Shown here piece by piece: positions 12,568 through 26,105 of a stretch of DNA of 64,000 bases. The notes under the pieces are model-generated. The model was not told the DNA's origin. It saw only the letters and a list, made by a program, of their open reading frames with translations, and ran no database searches. Position 1 is the first letter of the stretch. The number at the start of each line of letters is the position of its first letter. The stretch spans positions 14,074,001 through 14,138,000 of the forward strand of contig OX597821.1 in the NCBI GenBank assembly GCA_951406725.2. Direction: 5' to 3'. The DNA is from Octopus vulgaris (taxonomy: Eukaryota). The translations under genes and the position numbers were made by a program.

Positions 12568-13863
12568 ATGTACAGATAAACATATATGTATACATACTCT
12601 CACACACACACACACACACACGCACACACACATGATGGGCTTCTGTTTTCAGTTTCCAGCTACCAAATCCACTCCGAAGACCTTTGGCAAGGTGCCACAC
12701 AGTGGGACTGAACCTGGAGCCCATATGGTAGGGAAGCAAATTTCTAATCACACTGCTATATCTGCACTTAACATAAGTCTTATTGCATGTGAAAAATGCT
12801 TGCTTTTCAAAAAAAAAAAAAAAGAAAAGAAAAAAGAAAAAAAAAGAAATGCAAAAAAGAAAACAATCCAGAAAAATTGAAAGGATCCCACAGAAAATGG
12901 CTTAATTGAAAATATATGTTATGGATAAAAAAAACAACATACGATTGAAAGCTTTAAAAAAAAGTATCTTATGGATTGATTTCAATGAATTATAGAAGCT
13001 TTAACAATGACAAAAATATCACCACAACATTACATGGGCATCTGTTCTGATTTAAAACCCTGCTGAAGTAAATTTTTATTCTGCCAGGATGAATTTCACC
13101 TTTCGTCTCTCTGAGGTTGATATAAGTACCAGTCTACTGTGGTGAGCGGGCAGAAAATTTAGAGACACTGAAGAGATGTCTTACAGTCTTTGTTCAGATT
13201 CTTTGATACTGAGTTCAAATCCTGCTGTGGCTTACTTGAGTGTTGACCCAGTCCCTCATCCAGTTAAACACTCAGCACCTGGATCCTCAGGTGCCTTTAA
13301 CGGAGTCCACTCTATTGCAAGTATTTTGGCCAGACTTTTAGCTTGAAGATATCTTCTTCCTTTCTATTACTCCCCAAAACCCTGTAAAGGGACTATGGGC
13401 ACTGCACTATCTTCTTGACTAAATGGTAAAAAAATCTTTTAGAATTGTTAGCACACAGGACAACATGCTTAGTAGCAGTTCTTCCAATTCAGTACATACT
13501 GAATTCAGATTCCCCTGGGGTCGAATTTGCCTTTCATCTTTTTGGGATTGATAAAACATGTACTATTTGAGCACCAGGGTTGATGCAATCAACTAGCTTC
13601 TTCCCCTGAAATTTCAGAACTTGCATCTGTAGTAGAAAGAATATATAAATGATGTCCTTGGTATTGCATAAAGCTTAGATACTACATGTATATATACAGA
13701 ATATTGTAGGTTGGCATTAGGAAGGGCATCCAGCTGTAGAAATAGAGCCAAAACAGACAAACGAAGCCTGGTGTAGCTCTCTGGCTTACCAGCATGAAAA
13801 TGGGCATTGAATAATGTTGATATACACACACACATGTACATGTTTGCTTGTGTACATATGCAT

Positions 13864-13899
<36 letters not shown>

Positions 13900-14582
13900 G
13901 TAAATTACAATAACATATGACTGGATGAGTGAACATAAGCAACTGTGACTTCTGTTGAGTATTTAGTCAAATCACAAGATTAAAATACATCTTGTTATAT
14001 GTCCATGGCTTCTATATACATTCAGCTAGTTTAAAGAATAACCCTGATATTATTTGTTTGTGTTTGTTGATTGAATGTTTAATAAAGGGCAGTAAGTTGT
14101 TTTATAAAAATAATAATAATAGAATATAGCTGTCCACATTCGATGTATCCGTCTTCATACTTGAAGGCATTTAATCATACTATTAACACATTAATGCTGC
14201 TGACCTAACTTGACACTGACCAAGTGTTCCATTTATCTTCATACTTCTTTTTTCTTCAGCTGATTGAATTAAAACAATGGGAAGTAAAGCACCTTATCTA
14301 AGGGCATGCTATGCCTCTCAGACTTGGAATCAAACCTATTTCATACCTTTGGGAATGTTGCTTTACAGAAAGCATGGCTCAAGAGAAGATTGAGCTGTCA
14401 CTTTCCTGCATTGAGAGGTTACAGCTCTGATACAACAGGAGTAGAATATCATAGAAAAGAATTACAAGATAGATTTTTCAAGCAGATCCAATTGGTAGGA
14501 GACCTAATGTAGACCAAGAATGAAATGGTTGTATAATATCCATATTCTCTGTTGGTCATGCCAGGAAATCCATCCAGATAGT

Positions 14583-14807
14583 TTAATCCTTTAGCATTTA
14601 AACTGACCATATCTGGCCAAAATATTCTACCTGTTTTAAGTTCAAACTGGCCATATATGACATCTCACACCTACCCTACTATGTCATTTTGAACATAAAC
14701 AATCACATCGAAATCTCAAGATTACAAGAGAATGCAGAATAGATTCAAAACAATGTGAATAAATAAGCATTACATTTGACAGAATGATCTGAATGCTAAA
14801 GGGTTAA
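14583..14807. mobile_element. piggyBac-like MITE with TTAA target duplication
   Basis: TTAA-tcctttagcatt ... aatgctaaaggg-TTAA. Confidence 0.7.
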
Positions 14808-15077
14808 TGACAGTTGCTTCTGATAGGGCCTAGCAGAAGAGGTACTGGAGGACTCTGCTCCCACAACCTTCCAAAGAATAGTGGGTGAAGAAGATAGATG
14901 GATGGGTAATGGGTGAATCCAAGAAAACAGGTGATGATCAGGGTCAATAACAATTGGACAACAATAGATTTCATATGAGTCATCAAACTAGTGTGACTTT
15001 TCAATGAACTCCTTTATTTTGTAAGTTAACCACTCCTTTGCTGTTGATATCTATTTTATTTTTATAAGTTAACTAGT

Positions 15078-15262
15078 GCAGGTGGCACGTAAAAAGCACC
15101 CACTACACTCACGGAGTGGTTGGCGTTAGGAAGGGCATCCAGCCGTAGAAACACTGCCAAATCTGACTGGGCCTGATGAAGCCTTCCGGCTTCACAGACC
15201 CCAGTTGAACCGTCCAACCCATGCTAGCATGGAAAACGGACGCTAAATGATGATGATGATGA
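15078..15262 (+). mobile_element. RTE 3' end, 5'-truncated
   Basis: ggtggcacgtaaaaagcaccc...catgctagcatggaaaacggacgctaaa(tga)n. Confidence 0.8.
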
Positions 15263-15328
15263 ACTAGCAGAAGTACTCAGCATTTCTTGGGTTAAAGATA
15301 ATAATGAGATTTCATTCAAAAATTTGAT

Positions 15329-15486
15329 CAGGAGTGGCTGTGTGGTAAGTAGCTTGCTAACCAACCACATGGTTCCGGGTTCAGTCCCACTGCGTGGCAT
15401 CTTGGGCAAGTGTCTTCTGCTATAGCCCCGGGCCGACCAATGCCTTGTGAGTGGATTTGGTAGACGGAAACTGAAAGAAGCCTGTC

Positions 15487-15531
<45 letters not shown>

Positions 15532-15750
15532 TTGTGTGTTTATGTTTGTCCCCCTAGCATTGCTTGACAACCGATGCTGGTGTGTTTACATCCCTGTCAC
15601 TTATCGGTTCAGGCAAAAGAGACCGATAGAATAAGTACTGGGCTTACAAAGAATAAGTCCTGGGTTTGATTTGCTCGACTAAAGGCGGTGCTCCAGCATG
15701 GCCGCAGTCAAATGACTGAAACAAGTAAAAAGAGTAAAAAGAGTAAGAGT
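15329..15750 (+). mobile_element. SINE family A
   Basis: Full head-to-tail match to other copies. Confidence 0.85.
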
Positions 15751-15939
15751 ATATGAGTTTTCTCTTAACAGTTATTGTAATTAGTGATTTTAACATTACT
15801 GGCATAACAAATTCTGTGAGATCAATAACAATAATATGCTTGAAATAGAAAATACATAAAAGCAAGTTATGATAAAACTTCTTTATACAGAACATTATGA
15901 GTTTTTCCTAGTGGAGCATAAAGGAAAACAAGTTTTTGA

Positions 15940-16190
15940 ACTTCCAGCTCATGAGCATCCAATATACAATTGTCCATGAGAGAAGTAAGGCTCCTTTAAT
16001 TGTAAACCAGTTGGTGACAGGGTCTTTCCTTGTGATGGGCATCACAAAACTTAGTCTAATTGGAAACTGTACTCTTTTAAATTGTACTGATAAACCAGTA
16101 GGTATTAATGGAATTCTCGTAATGAATACATTATTGCCTGCTCTACATCCAGGGAGTACTGCACTTGGCAACATTTTTAAAGCATGAATC
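15940..16190 (-). pseudogene. Helitron PIF1-like helicase C-terminal fragment
   Basis: GNNVFITRIPLIPTGLSVQFKRVQFPIRLSFVMPI resembles the Helitron motif VFIPRIPLIP..F.FKR.QFPIRL.FAMTINK. Confidence 0.8.
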
Positions 16191-16443
16191 TTCTGTTTTT
16201 GCTCTCTGTTCACATAGCCTTTGAGGCGTTTGAGCTTCACTTTCTTCATGGCGATGTTGAGCTGCTCTATTTCTCTACTATACTGTGTAGTCAGCAAAAT
16301 CAAAAACAGACAATGTGCATGCATGAAATTAAAAATATAAAATGGTGACAATTTACCCATCGCACCCTGTGTATGTATGTATATATATATATGTGTGTGT
16401 GTATACATATACACAAATACACACACACACACACACACACATG

Positions 16444-16956
16444 TAGAATTGCTTGCTTGTTAGTCTGTTTGTTCCCAATGCACCCAGAAACCAGTTAACC
16501 ACGTTCAAATTTGGCATGAAGGTCCTTTAGACATAGCTGCAGGTTGTCCTCAAATTTGAGTTTATGTTCTTTTAAGGGACAAAAGATAGTCTTCATTCAA
16601 CGAAAATTTGACTTGACTTACTTTCAGTTGTTTCCGAAAAATAAATGCTGTTGTTAGTGTGTTAGTGGGTGTGTTCACCCCTTTCTCTCTTGTTAATTGA
16701 CTTAATGTGAAGGGACAGGAAATACCTTCTACATGGTCAGTGCTATAGCTAGAAATGACAGCCAAACGACATTAGACATACACTTTCCTTCTCTCTCCCC
16801 CTCTATCTCGCTTTCTATGTAGAAGGTATTGTGGAAGGTATTTCACATTAAGTTAATTAACAAGAGAGAAAGTGGTGAAGGGGGTGAACATGATTGGTTA
16901 ACTGGTTTTTGAGTATATTGGTAACAAACAGACCAACAAACAAGCAATTTTATATA
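16444..16956. repeat. Diverged fold-back, probably a Helitron 5' region
   Basis: 16444-16501 pairs with 16895-16954, and 16672-16733 pairs with 16818-16890. Confidence 0.55.
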
Positions 16957-17579
16957 TACAGGCAACTGTATCTAATGGTGAGAGTCCAGCTTGAGGTTTC
17001 AGAGTTTTGGGGAGTATAGAGTTACTCCTCGGTCACCAATACTCCCAGGTTCAATCTCTCCTGGTGTGACTGTCTGTCAAGGGCTCCAGTAATGCATCAA
17101 ATCATAGAAGATGGTCCTGTGGCTAAGGCAAATAGAACTCTGAGGAGTTATTCTGTTGACATGTGTCACAGGTCTACCAGGTGTGTGAATATGCTCTGGT
17201 GTTACTTAACCAATCTCCCTGCCTAAGAATTAAAAAGTCTCTGTGCCTCAAGAGAAAGCTCAAGAAAACCAGGGACTAGCTGAGTAAATCATAAATAGAC
17301 TGGAAGAAGGTAGTATATTTCTGAAGAAAAATCATGAATCTTCAGATTCTGGTGTGGAAGTCCCTGATTGCCAATAGCAGTAGTCACGAGGAGAGAGAGA
17401 GAGAAATCTATTTTATTAGTTAACCACTGTTTGTCATTGGTTTCTAAGTCTATCATCCTTGGACAGACAAAATAAATCAATCAACTTAAGCAGGATTTTA
17501 GCTAAGAACTACAAGTCATTAACCCACCCTAGTACCTAACAAGCAGGTCATCTCTCTCTCTCTCTCTCTCTTTCTTTTG

Positions 17580-17615
<36 letters not shown>

Positions 17616-18634
17616 ATATATATATATATATATATATATCTGCATTCTGAAGATCAATGAAACTTGATTCTCTTTATATGTTATTTTTACTTTGTGAAAC
17701 CTTTCATTTAACCTCTAGCATGCACTTACTTTATATTGATTACAGCAATTTTCCTCTTCTTTTATTCTCTGCTATATTATTTGAATATTGATGTCCTGAT
17801 ATGAAGAAGTTTCACTTCAAATACAAATTCTATATTCTTAATATTGCAGTCACTGATTAATACAGACAGTTTCTTCTTTTCTTTATCACAAATCTGATGC
17901 TAAATCCTTTCTCATATAACAAGGAATTTTCTTTCTTTTATAGTTAATTCAATCTTCTTAATCCCAGAGTTACTGCTGTCAATTTGATTTCTGGTCATTG
18001 TTAAAACCTTTCAAACTGAAAGCAGTACACTAAGCTCAACCAGTAGCCAATTCTTTCTTGGTTGTTCAAGTTTAAAATATATCAGTTATAATCACCTGAA
18101 GCTATTTGTCACAAGTCATTAGTTCAAAGTATTGAAAAGCCACTGAGTATTTTGTTGAGATATTTAAAAGTAATTTGGAGGATTTTGCTGCAGAGTCTGG
18201 AGGGAGGGCCAGAAACTTGTTAAAAGCAATACAAATCAAAGTTTTCTAGTGAACAATAAATTTAAACTATTTACTTAAATAACATTTAGTGAAGAAATGA
18301 GGCCATCCAGGCAGATAGAGAGGAATTTAATGTCCTTAGTTTGGTAAGTCAATGTCCTTCATTCATATTTCAACACTGTCAATAAGATTAGTTATTAGTA
18401 ATAGACTAGGATCATGTGGATCAATCAAATTTCATGATAGATAAGAACATTGTCTCTGAGAAAAAAATCTTTCAATCATTCATTCATAATGGTGAATGGC
18501 AGCTTTAATCCTTTCTTTCCAAGAAGGCTGCAACTTTGTAGCAGATGAGAACTGGTGAAGGTTTAAAACAATGCAGGATATCATCAAAAGACCTGCTTTG
18601 AATGTATTCTTAGCTAGTTATTTTATATCTTTTA

Positions 18635-19132
18635 CTAGCAGTATCGCCTGGCATTGCTCGGGTTTGTAAGGGAAATAACTATATAAGCATTTTTAGAGTT
18701 ATAGCCAAAAAATAGCAAAAAAATGCATTAAAAATGGAAAAAAAATTATGGTAAAATTTTTTTAAATCGTTGACTCATCGTAGACATTTTTAGAAAGTTA
18801 CTTCCCTTATATAATAGCGAAAAAAATGCATTAAAATGGAAAAAAATGATGGTAAATTTTTTTTTAAATCGTTGACTCATCGTAGACATTTTTAGAGAGT
18901 TACTTCTCTTATTTAATAGCGAAAAAAATGCATTAAAATGGAAAAAAATGATGGTAAATTTTTTTTTAAATTGTAGACTCATCGTAGATGTGCGCTAATA
19001 CCCAGAAGGGCTCGATATGAATCATGACTATAAGATACCCGCTTTTGGTTAAACTGCACCGCAATATGTGGGAGTAGTTAGGAATCTAAATCGTAGGAGA
19101 CAGACACACAACTTGACTTTTATATATAAAGA
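18635..19132 (-). mobile_element. Non-autonomous Helitron family 1, complete
   Basis: Minus strand 5' TCTTTATATA... 3' GC hairpin (CCCGAGCAATGCCAGG) then CTAG, inserted between A and T; internal ~105-bp tandem units. Confidence 0.85.
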
Positions 19133-19647
19133 TATTGCAATTTGTGAACAACGGTGCTGTTAGTTACAGGATACTGATGGACAGTTAAATGTCTTTTACT
19201 GCAGTTCCAATAGTGAAAGTGACAAGAGAGTAATTTTTGTTTGTGGGGAGATTTATATCTTTCATAGATATATATGCATCAGTGAAAAATAAGCTCACAC
19301 ACATACACACACATTTATATATGTACATGCTGCCCACTTTCCATCTAATTCCACTTAAAAGCTATTGGTCAACACAAAAGTTATGGTAAAAGATACTTAC
19401 GCAAGCTGCTTAATGGTGGAGCCAAATCTGTAACTATGTGGTTATGAAACAACACAATCATGTCTCTTAGTCTACTGAATTTATAGATAAACAAACTTTT
19501 ACTTTATTGAAGATGATAGCACACAAGGAGTGAAATGGAACTCCATGGAAATGGGATCTAAGGCTGATTTTTAAAACTTCATTGTTTCCAAAAAACATTT
19601 CTCTCCCTAGATTAGATCTTTTATAAATCACACAAAATAATCAAACA

Positions 19648-20262
19648 TACTGGGCGCCACTGCATAGTGCCAAGGACTCCAAATTTGCCATCAAGATGTA
19701 GGACAAGATACTGTGATAGCCTGGGCTTCAGAGGCCCAATGCTCTTCAATATCCTCCCGAAGAACCTGAGAGGCCTGCATGGGGTGGATGCAGATGTCTT
19801 TAAAATAAAACTGGATCTCTTCCTGTCAGGTGTCCCAGATGAACCAACTTCATGGCAGGAGGTGCAGATGAGGGCTGCTGCATCGAACTCTCTCATGCAC
19901 CCTGTCAGGTGTCCCAGATGAACCAACTTCACGGCAGGAGGTGCAGATGAGGGCTGCTGCATCGAACTCTCTCATGCACCCTGTCAGGTGTCCCAGATGA
20001 ACCAACTTCACGGCAGGAGGTGCAGATGAGGGCTGCTGCATCGAACTCTCTCATGCACCCTGTCAGGTGTCCCAGATGAACCAACTTCACGGCAGGAGGT
20101 GCAGATGAGGGCAGCTGCATCGAACTTTCTCATGCTCCAGATGGCATTTGCTAAAAAGCATTCATGAAGTAAAATCATGTAGCAACACCAAATGGCGGTG
20201 CCCCAGCATGGCCACAGCTCGTGAGCTGAAACTAGATAAAATAAAATAAAATAAAATAAAAT
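19648..20262 (+). mobile_element. CR1-like LINE 3' end containing a 4x79-bp tandem expansion
   Basis: Matches 23590-23940; units start at 19822, 19901, 19980, 20059; tail (ataaa)n. Confidence 0.8.
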
Positions 20263-20836
20263 ACAATGGTGTGAATACTATGTAATTGAAAAACCGAAGA
20301 AACAAATAAAAGCAAGGTTTCGGAGAGGGAGTAATGGAAGAGAGAGAATGATATCTAACAGTCAGAATGGGTAAATGGTAAGAAGGGATGAATATTGCAA
20401 AGACATGATTTGTTGTCATCTCTCATGATGCATATGACAGGGTGACTGGAGGGATGTGCATTGATAGCTCACCTCTCACAACCACGCAGCTACACATTTC
20501 ATACACAAGTACCATTCTCTATTCTTTCAGCATGAACCTTTAACCTACAATAACTACTGGCTTAATTACTAGCCACACCAACTGACTAAAATTCACTAAT
20601 GAGGAAGCAAACAGTTTATACACCTTTTATATCATTTAGCATGTACCTCTGTAAAATATGATGATATAAATCCTGTTACACATAACCTTGCTTGAACATT
20701 GTCTGTCGCATATACATACATGCAGCACAACACTAAACACATGAACCAGACTAATGCTTGACTCTATCCTAAACCTTGGTCCTATTTTAGAAAAGATTAT
20801 TGCTATTATTATTGTTGTTGTTCTTTAATAATAATG

Positions 20837-20872
<36 letters not shown>

Positions 20873-20879
20873 TTATATA

Positions 20880-21290
20880 CTCTTTTACTTTTTTACTTGT
20901 TTCAGTCATTTGACTGTGGCCATGCTGGAGCACTGCCTTTAGTCGAGCAAATCGACCCCGGGACTTATTCTTTGTAAGCCCAGTACTTATTCTATTGGTC
21001 TCTATTGCCGAACCGCTATGTGATGGGGATGTAAACACACCAGCATCGGTTGTCAAGCAATGCTAGGGGGACAAACACACACACACAAACACATATATAC
21101 ATATATATACATATATACACATATATACGACAGGCTTCTTTCAGTTTCCGTCTACCAAATCCACTCACAAGGCATTGGTCGGCCCGGGGCTATAGCAGAA
21201 GACACTTGCCCAAGATGTTACGCAGTGGGACCGAACCCAGAACCATGTGGTTGGTTAGCAAGCTACTTATCACACAGCCGCTCCTGCGCC
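20880..21290 (-). mobile_element. SINE family A
   Basis: Full-length reverse match. Confidence 0.85.
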
Positions 21291-21318
21291 TAATATATAA
21301 TATTATTATTATATATAA

Positions 21319-21785
21319 TGGGATTTCCTAATCCAAACAGATCAGGTGCTAGAGCATAACAGACCGGACCTAGTGGTGGAGGACAAGGTGCACCACATAT
21401 GCTATGCAGTTGATGTTGCATGCCCCTTTGAGCCATGAATAGTCAAAAAGGAAGATGAAAAGATAGAGAGATATAACCCTCTTAAGTACAAAATAGCCTG
21501 GCTATGGAAAATAAAGAAGGTGGAGAAAGTGTCAATTATTGTTGGGTCCTTGGGAACAGTATCAAGAGGAATATAAAGGAAATTGAAATAGAGTGCCCAG
21601 TAGAACTGTTACAAGAGGTTTGCCTCCTTGGCACGGCCAGAATAATAAGGAAAGTATTAGCTGAAAAGAACAAGTGGCATGGTACCGTAGCTGCAAGTAG
21701 GAAGCCCGCTACGCATGCAAGGCTCCAGGAGCTCCAACAAAGCCTGTGATAAATAGAAAACAATAATAATAACAATAATAATAAT
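21319..21785 (+). mobile_element. R4/Dong-type non-LTR retrotransposon 3' end (restriction-like endonuclease)
   Basis: Translates WDFLIQTDQVLEHNRPDLVVEDK..AVDVACPFEP*IVKKEDEKIERY..IIVGSLGTVS..LQEVCLLGTARIIRKVL; ends in (AAT)n. Confidence 0.85.
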
Positions 21786-22449
21786 TCTTTCTATTATAAA
21801 CACAAGGCCTGAAATTTTTATGGGGAGAGGGTTGGTCAATCACATCAGCCCCAGTACTTAAGTGGTACTTATTTTGTTGACCCTCAAGAAGATGAAAGAC
21901 AAGTTTGATACCAGTGACATTTCAACTCAGATTTCGTTGCAGGATCCATACCTGGAATGAAATTACATTCAGGCATCTACCACAAATAGATGCAACTTTT
22001 TTTCTTTCTTTTAATCTTCTCCTTCAAACACTCATACATCAAAATCGATGGCAGTGACCATCAGCATCGTTACTTTTATTGAATACTCTCATAACCTTGA
22101 TCAAGATAAAATATTAAGAAAATTAAAATGCATCTTTAATGTTCTACTATGGTTTAAAGAAACTATTCTTTCAGTATAGGAAGCAAAAACTCACAGAGAA
22201 TTACACACACTATTTCCTCAAATGGAAGAATGATAGGAAGTGCTGCAAGAGATAAATGTTTTAATTGTGGCATATAAAACAGTATAAATATTTATGTGAA
22301 TATTCATGGTTTACATTTATTCTTCTCTTCTCTTGTCATATTTGTGGATTCAGTGACATTTTGTGAGTTAAGAGACATCACATAGTTTCTCCACACACTG
22401 TGCCACTAAAATATGATAGTATGTTTGTATGTGTATATATGCTTGTACA

Positions 22450-22505
<56 letters not shown>

Positions 22506-22529
22506 TAGATAGATATATACATATACATG

Positions 22530-22573
<44 letters not shown>

Positions 22574-22618
22574 TATATACATATACATACATATATATAC
22601 ACACACATATACATACAT

Positions 22619-22707
<89 letters not shown>

Positions 22708-22727
22708 CTTTCTCATATATATAATAT

Positions 22728-22845
22728 GGCCTGCTTGCTTAGCCAGTGGGGTGGCATCATTTGAAGGTTAAAACAATGCATTGTGACCAGTGATGTGTAG
22801 CAACATCTGATGGCCTAGTTGGTTACGTGATCACATGATATATAA
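22728..22845. repeat. Short ~115-bp dispersed repeat (second copy 47207-47325)
   Basis: ggcctgct.gcttag.cagt.gggtggc...gcattgtgac.ag.gatgt...gtgatcacatgata. Confidence 0.6.
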
Positions 22846-23249
22846 TATGCACATACACGCATACATACATGTATGCTTAAATATATATATGTGTGTGTGT
22901 GTGTTTGTGTGTATTCACACAAACACACACACACACACATGCACACAAATGCACATATATTATTCTTAACAAAAAAAGTATTTTGTTGACAGTGAGTTCA
23001 AAGTTTTGGCCAGCTAAGCCATCATCTGATTTGGCCATAATTTCGAAGTCCCTGTCAACAATATTCTTGTTTAAGAATAATAAATTTGTAATCTACAGAA
23101 ATATAGTGTAACTATCAGATTCATGTAAAATTGTTTTTATTATAATTGAACATAAAAATAAAACCCAAGCCAACATGGAAGGCAGATGTTAAACGATGAT
23201 GATGATATCTATCTATATCTATATATATATCTATCTATATATATATGAA

Positions 23250-23940
23250 ATGTAGGCGGCTGACCGGATGGATTCTTAGAATCTTTAGAACAAGAGACCA
23301 GGAAACCATGATGGTCCTCTGGAGGACACTTGTCCTAAGCCACTTTGACTATTGCTCTCAGCTATGGTCACCATCCAGTGTTAAGTTAATCACAGAACAT
23401 GAGGCGATCTAACGAAGCTACACGAAGAAGATAGCCTCTGTGCAGCATATAAGCTATTGAGAAAGATTCAAGAGATTGAGACTCTATTCCTTAGAGCGTA
23501 GGCGAGAAAGATATGCCATAATATACATCTGGAAGATCCTAGAAGGACTTGTCCCAAACTTTGGCATCATGAGTTACACAAATGCCAGAACTGGGCACCA
23601 CTGCATAGTGCCAAGGACTCCAAATTTGCCATCAGGATGTAGGACAAGATACTGTGATAGCCTGGGCTTCCAAGGCCCACAGCTCTTCAATATCTTCCCG
23701 AAGAACCTAAGAGACTTGCATGGGGTGGATGCAGATGTCTTTAAAATGAAACTAGATCTCTTCTTGTCAGGTGTCCCAGATGAACCAACTTCATGGCAGG
23801 AGGTGCAGATGAGGGCAGCTGCATCGAACTCTCTCATGCACCAGATGGCATTTGCTAAAAAGCATTCGTGAAGTAAAATTATGTAGCAACACCAAATGGC
23901 AGTGCCCCAGCATGGCCACAGCTTGTGAGCTGAAACTAAA
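23250..23940 (+). mobile_element. CR1-like LINE 3' end, decayed
   Basis: LVLSHFDYCSQLWSP..., LRLYSLERRRERYAIIYIWKILEGLVPN, FKMKLDLFLSGVPDEP. Confidence 0.8.
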
Positions 23941-23944
23941 AAAA

Positions 23945-23981
<37 letters not shown>

Positions 23982-24341
23982 ATGTTTTTTGTTGGAAAAT
24001 ATAACTCAAAGCAGATAAGACTGTAAATAATGGGTTACAAAAAACCTTTAGATAGGTAAACATCAAAGGCTACTGGTAGAACTTGAACTCATAACTTGTG
24101 AAAACATGACAGAAAGTCTACCATTGGACCAGAGTAATCCTTTGAATTCCTCTATTCATTTTTAGAATCTTTATTCTCCCTAGTGAGAATTGTATGGTAT
24201 TGTCATCATAAGATTTTAGAAATTTTGAGAGAACAGGAAATAATTATTTATTTGTAGCCTTCTTTGCTTTGAGTTACACCATTTCAAAAGATGAATTATT
24301 CCATGTTCTCTTCAAGTTTCCAAGTTCTTATAATGTCAATG

Positions 24342-24372
<31 letters not shown>

Positions 24373-24404
24373 TGTATGTATGTACGTATGTACATATGTT
24401 TATG

Positions 24405-25080
24405 TCAGGTCACTTTCGAGTGCTACTGGTAACATGTAACCCAGTACAACCTGTTGCATGGTCAGGCCGTCGGCGTCTAAACCGGCAACCCTACCAAGCT
24501 TGCTTGATGAGGAGGGTGTTTATTGGACACCCTGCGGGATGAAAAACAAAACCCGTCAAAGGGCGGAGGAACTCTTGAGAGTCAACGGCCATCCAATAAA
24601 TGTGTATTTTTTTTTAAGGCTTAAGGCTGTATCATGCGTGGGGACATAGAAATAATCAGACTGAATACCCGATCGCGTGGTTAAACCAACCATTGGGAGT
24701 GAAGGACTCCTAGCCTTTGTTAGGCCATCCTTCTAGGAGAAGGTAACTCAGGTAACTGGGATAACTCCAATATAAAACCTGCGGCTCAGTGGTTACCGAT
24801 GATGTTGACTTGTTCTTCTTTTCGGATTATGGCTGCTGTTGCTTAGTGAGTGGGATTGACTCACTAAGTGCACAGCCTTTCCTCACTTTAAAAAAAAATC
24901 TTCTTGTGCAGACATTGCACGATAACAACATTGTTCATGATTGTTGATGGTGCTGTGAGTCTCTACTGAATGGCTGGCTGTAGCCTTAAAAAGCAAATAA
25001 AAGTCACATTCGATCTCAGCACCAATAACAGTTAAGCTTCATGCAATGGCCATACTCGATAACAGGGGGCAGCCATCATA
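24405..25080 (+). mobile_element. GC-richer repeat, probably derived from an RTE-type 5' UTR, embedded in (ATGT)n
   Basis: Contains tctaggagaaggtaactc..taaaacc, similar to a motif I recall from RTE 5' UTRs; no ORF support. Confidence 0.35.
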
Positions 25081-25696
25081 TACATATGTATGTATGTATA
25101 TATGGAGCATGCATGTATGTATGTATGTATGTATGTATGTATGTATGTATGTATGTATGTATGTATGTATCTATGTATGTATGTATATATGTATGTATGT
25201 ATGTGTGTATGGATGCATGCATGCATGTATGTAAGCTTCTGTTAAAAACACTTAATAAAAATGCCCTCCTAAGATGTCTAAGCTTCCAATGAAGCTATAG
25301 AAAGAAACACAGGGAACTTGAAAATAAAAGAAACTAGTTTAATTACCAATCACAACCTATGAAGAAATAACAGATGAGAAGTGCATAAACCTGACTGGTT
25401 ACAATAGTAACACAAATCAACCCTTCATATGCACACACTACAGAGAAGAAAAGTCAGCTATCAACTACATTTTTGTGCATTTTCAGAAGAAAGGTTTCTA
25501 ACCCTGAATTATTAAAATACTATGTAATTGTATAAACCATCAACCTCTATTTTGAATTGTTTTTTACCTTGCATTGTTTTTGCTTAAAAGAAATATTTTT
25601 ATACATATGAATGCATGCATGCACATATATGCATGCGTACATAGTGGCCATCCACTTGTAACCAAGGAAAACCATCACTGACCTTTAGAAACATCG

Positions 25697-25857
25697 TGGC
25701 TATGTGGTAAGTAGCTTGCTAACCAACCACATGGTTCCGGGTTTAGTCCCACTGCATGGCATCTTGGGCAAGTGTCTTCTGCTATAGCCCCGGGCTGACC
25801 AATGCCTTGTGAGTGGATTTGGTAGACAGAAACTGAAAGAAGCCTGTTGTATATATG

Positions 25858-25888
<31 letters not shown>

Positions 25889-26105
25889 ATATGTTTGTGT
25901 GTCTGTGTTTGTCCCCCTAGCATTGCTTGACTACCGATGCTGGTGTGTTTACTTCCCCGTCACTTAGCGGTTCGGCAAAAAGAGACCGATAGAATAAGTA
26001 CTGGGCTTACAAAAAGAATAAGTCCTGGAGTCTAGTTGCTCGACTAAAGGCGGTGCTCCAGCATGGCTGCAGTCAAATGACTGAAACAAGTAAAATAAAA
26101 TAAAA
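25697..26105 (+). mobile_element. SINE family A
   Basis: Head-to-tail match. Confidence 0.85.

Noticed and set aside
15329-15400. tRNA gene
   Set aside because: This is a tRNA-like SINE head repeated in many copies; it has no complete cloverleaf and continues into the SINE body.
19822-20136. CRISPR-like array
   Set aside because: The units are contiguous identical repeats with no unique spacers, are LINE-derived, and the context is eukaryotic.
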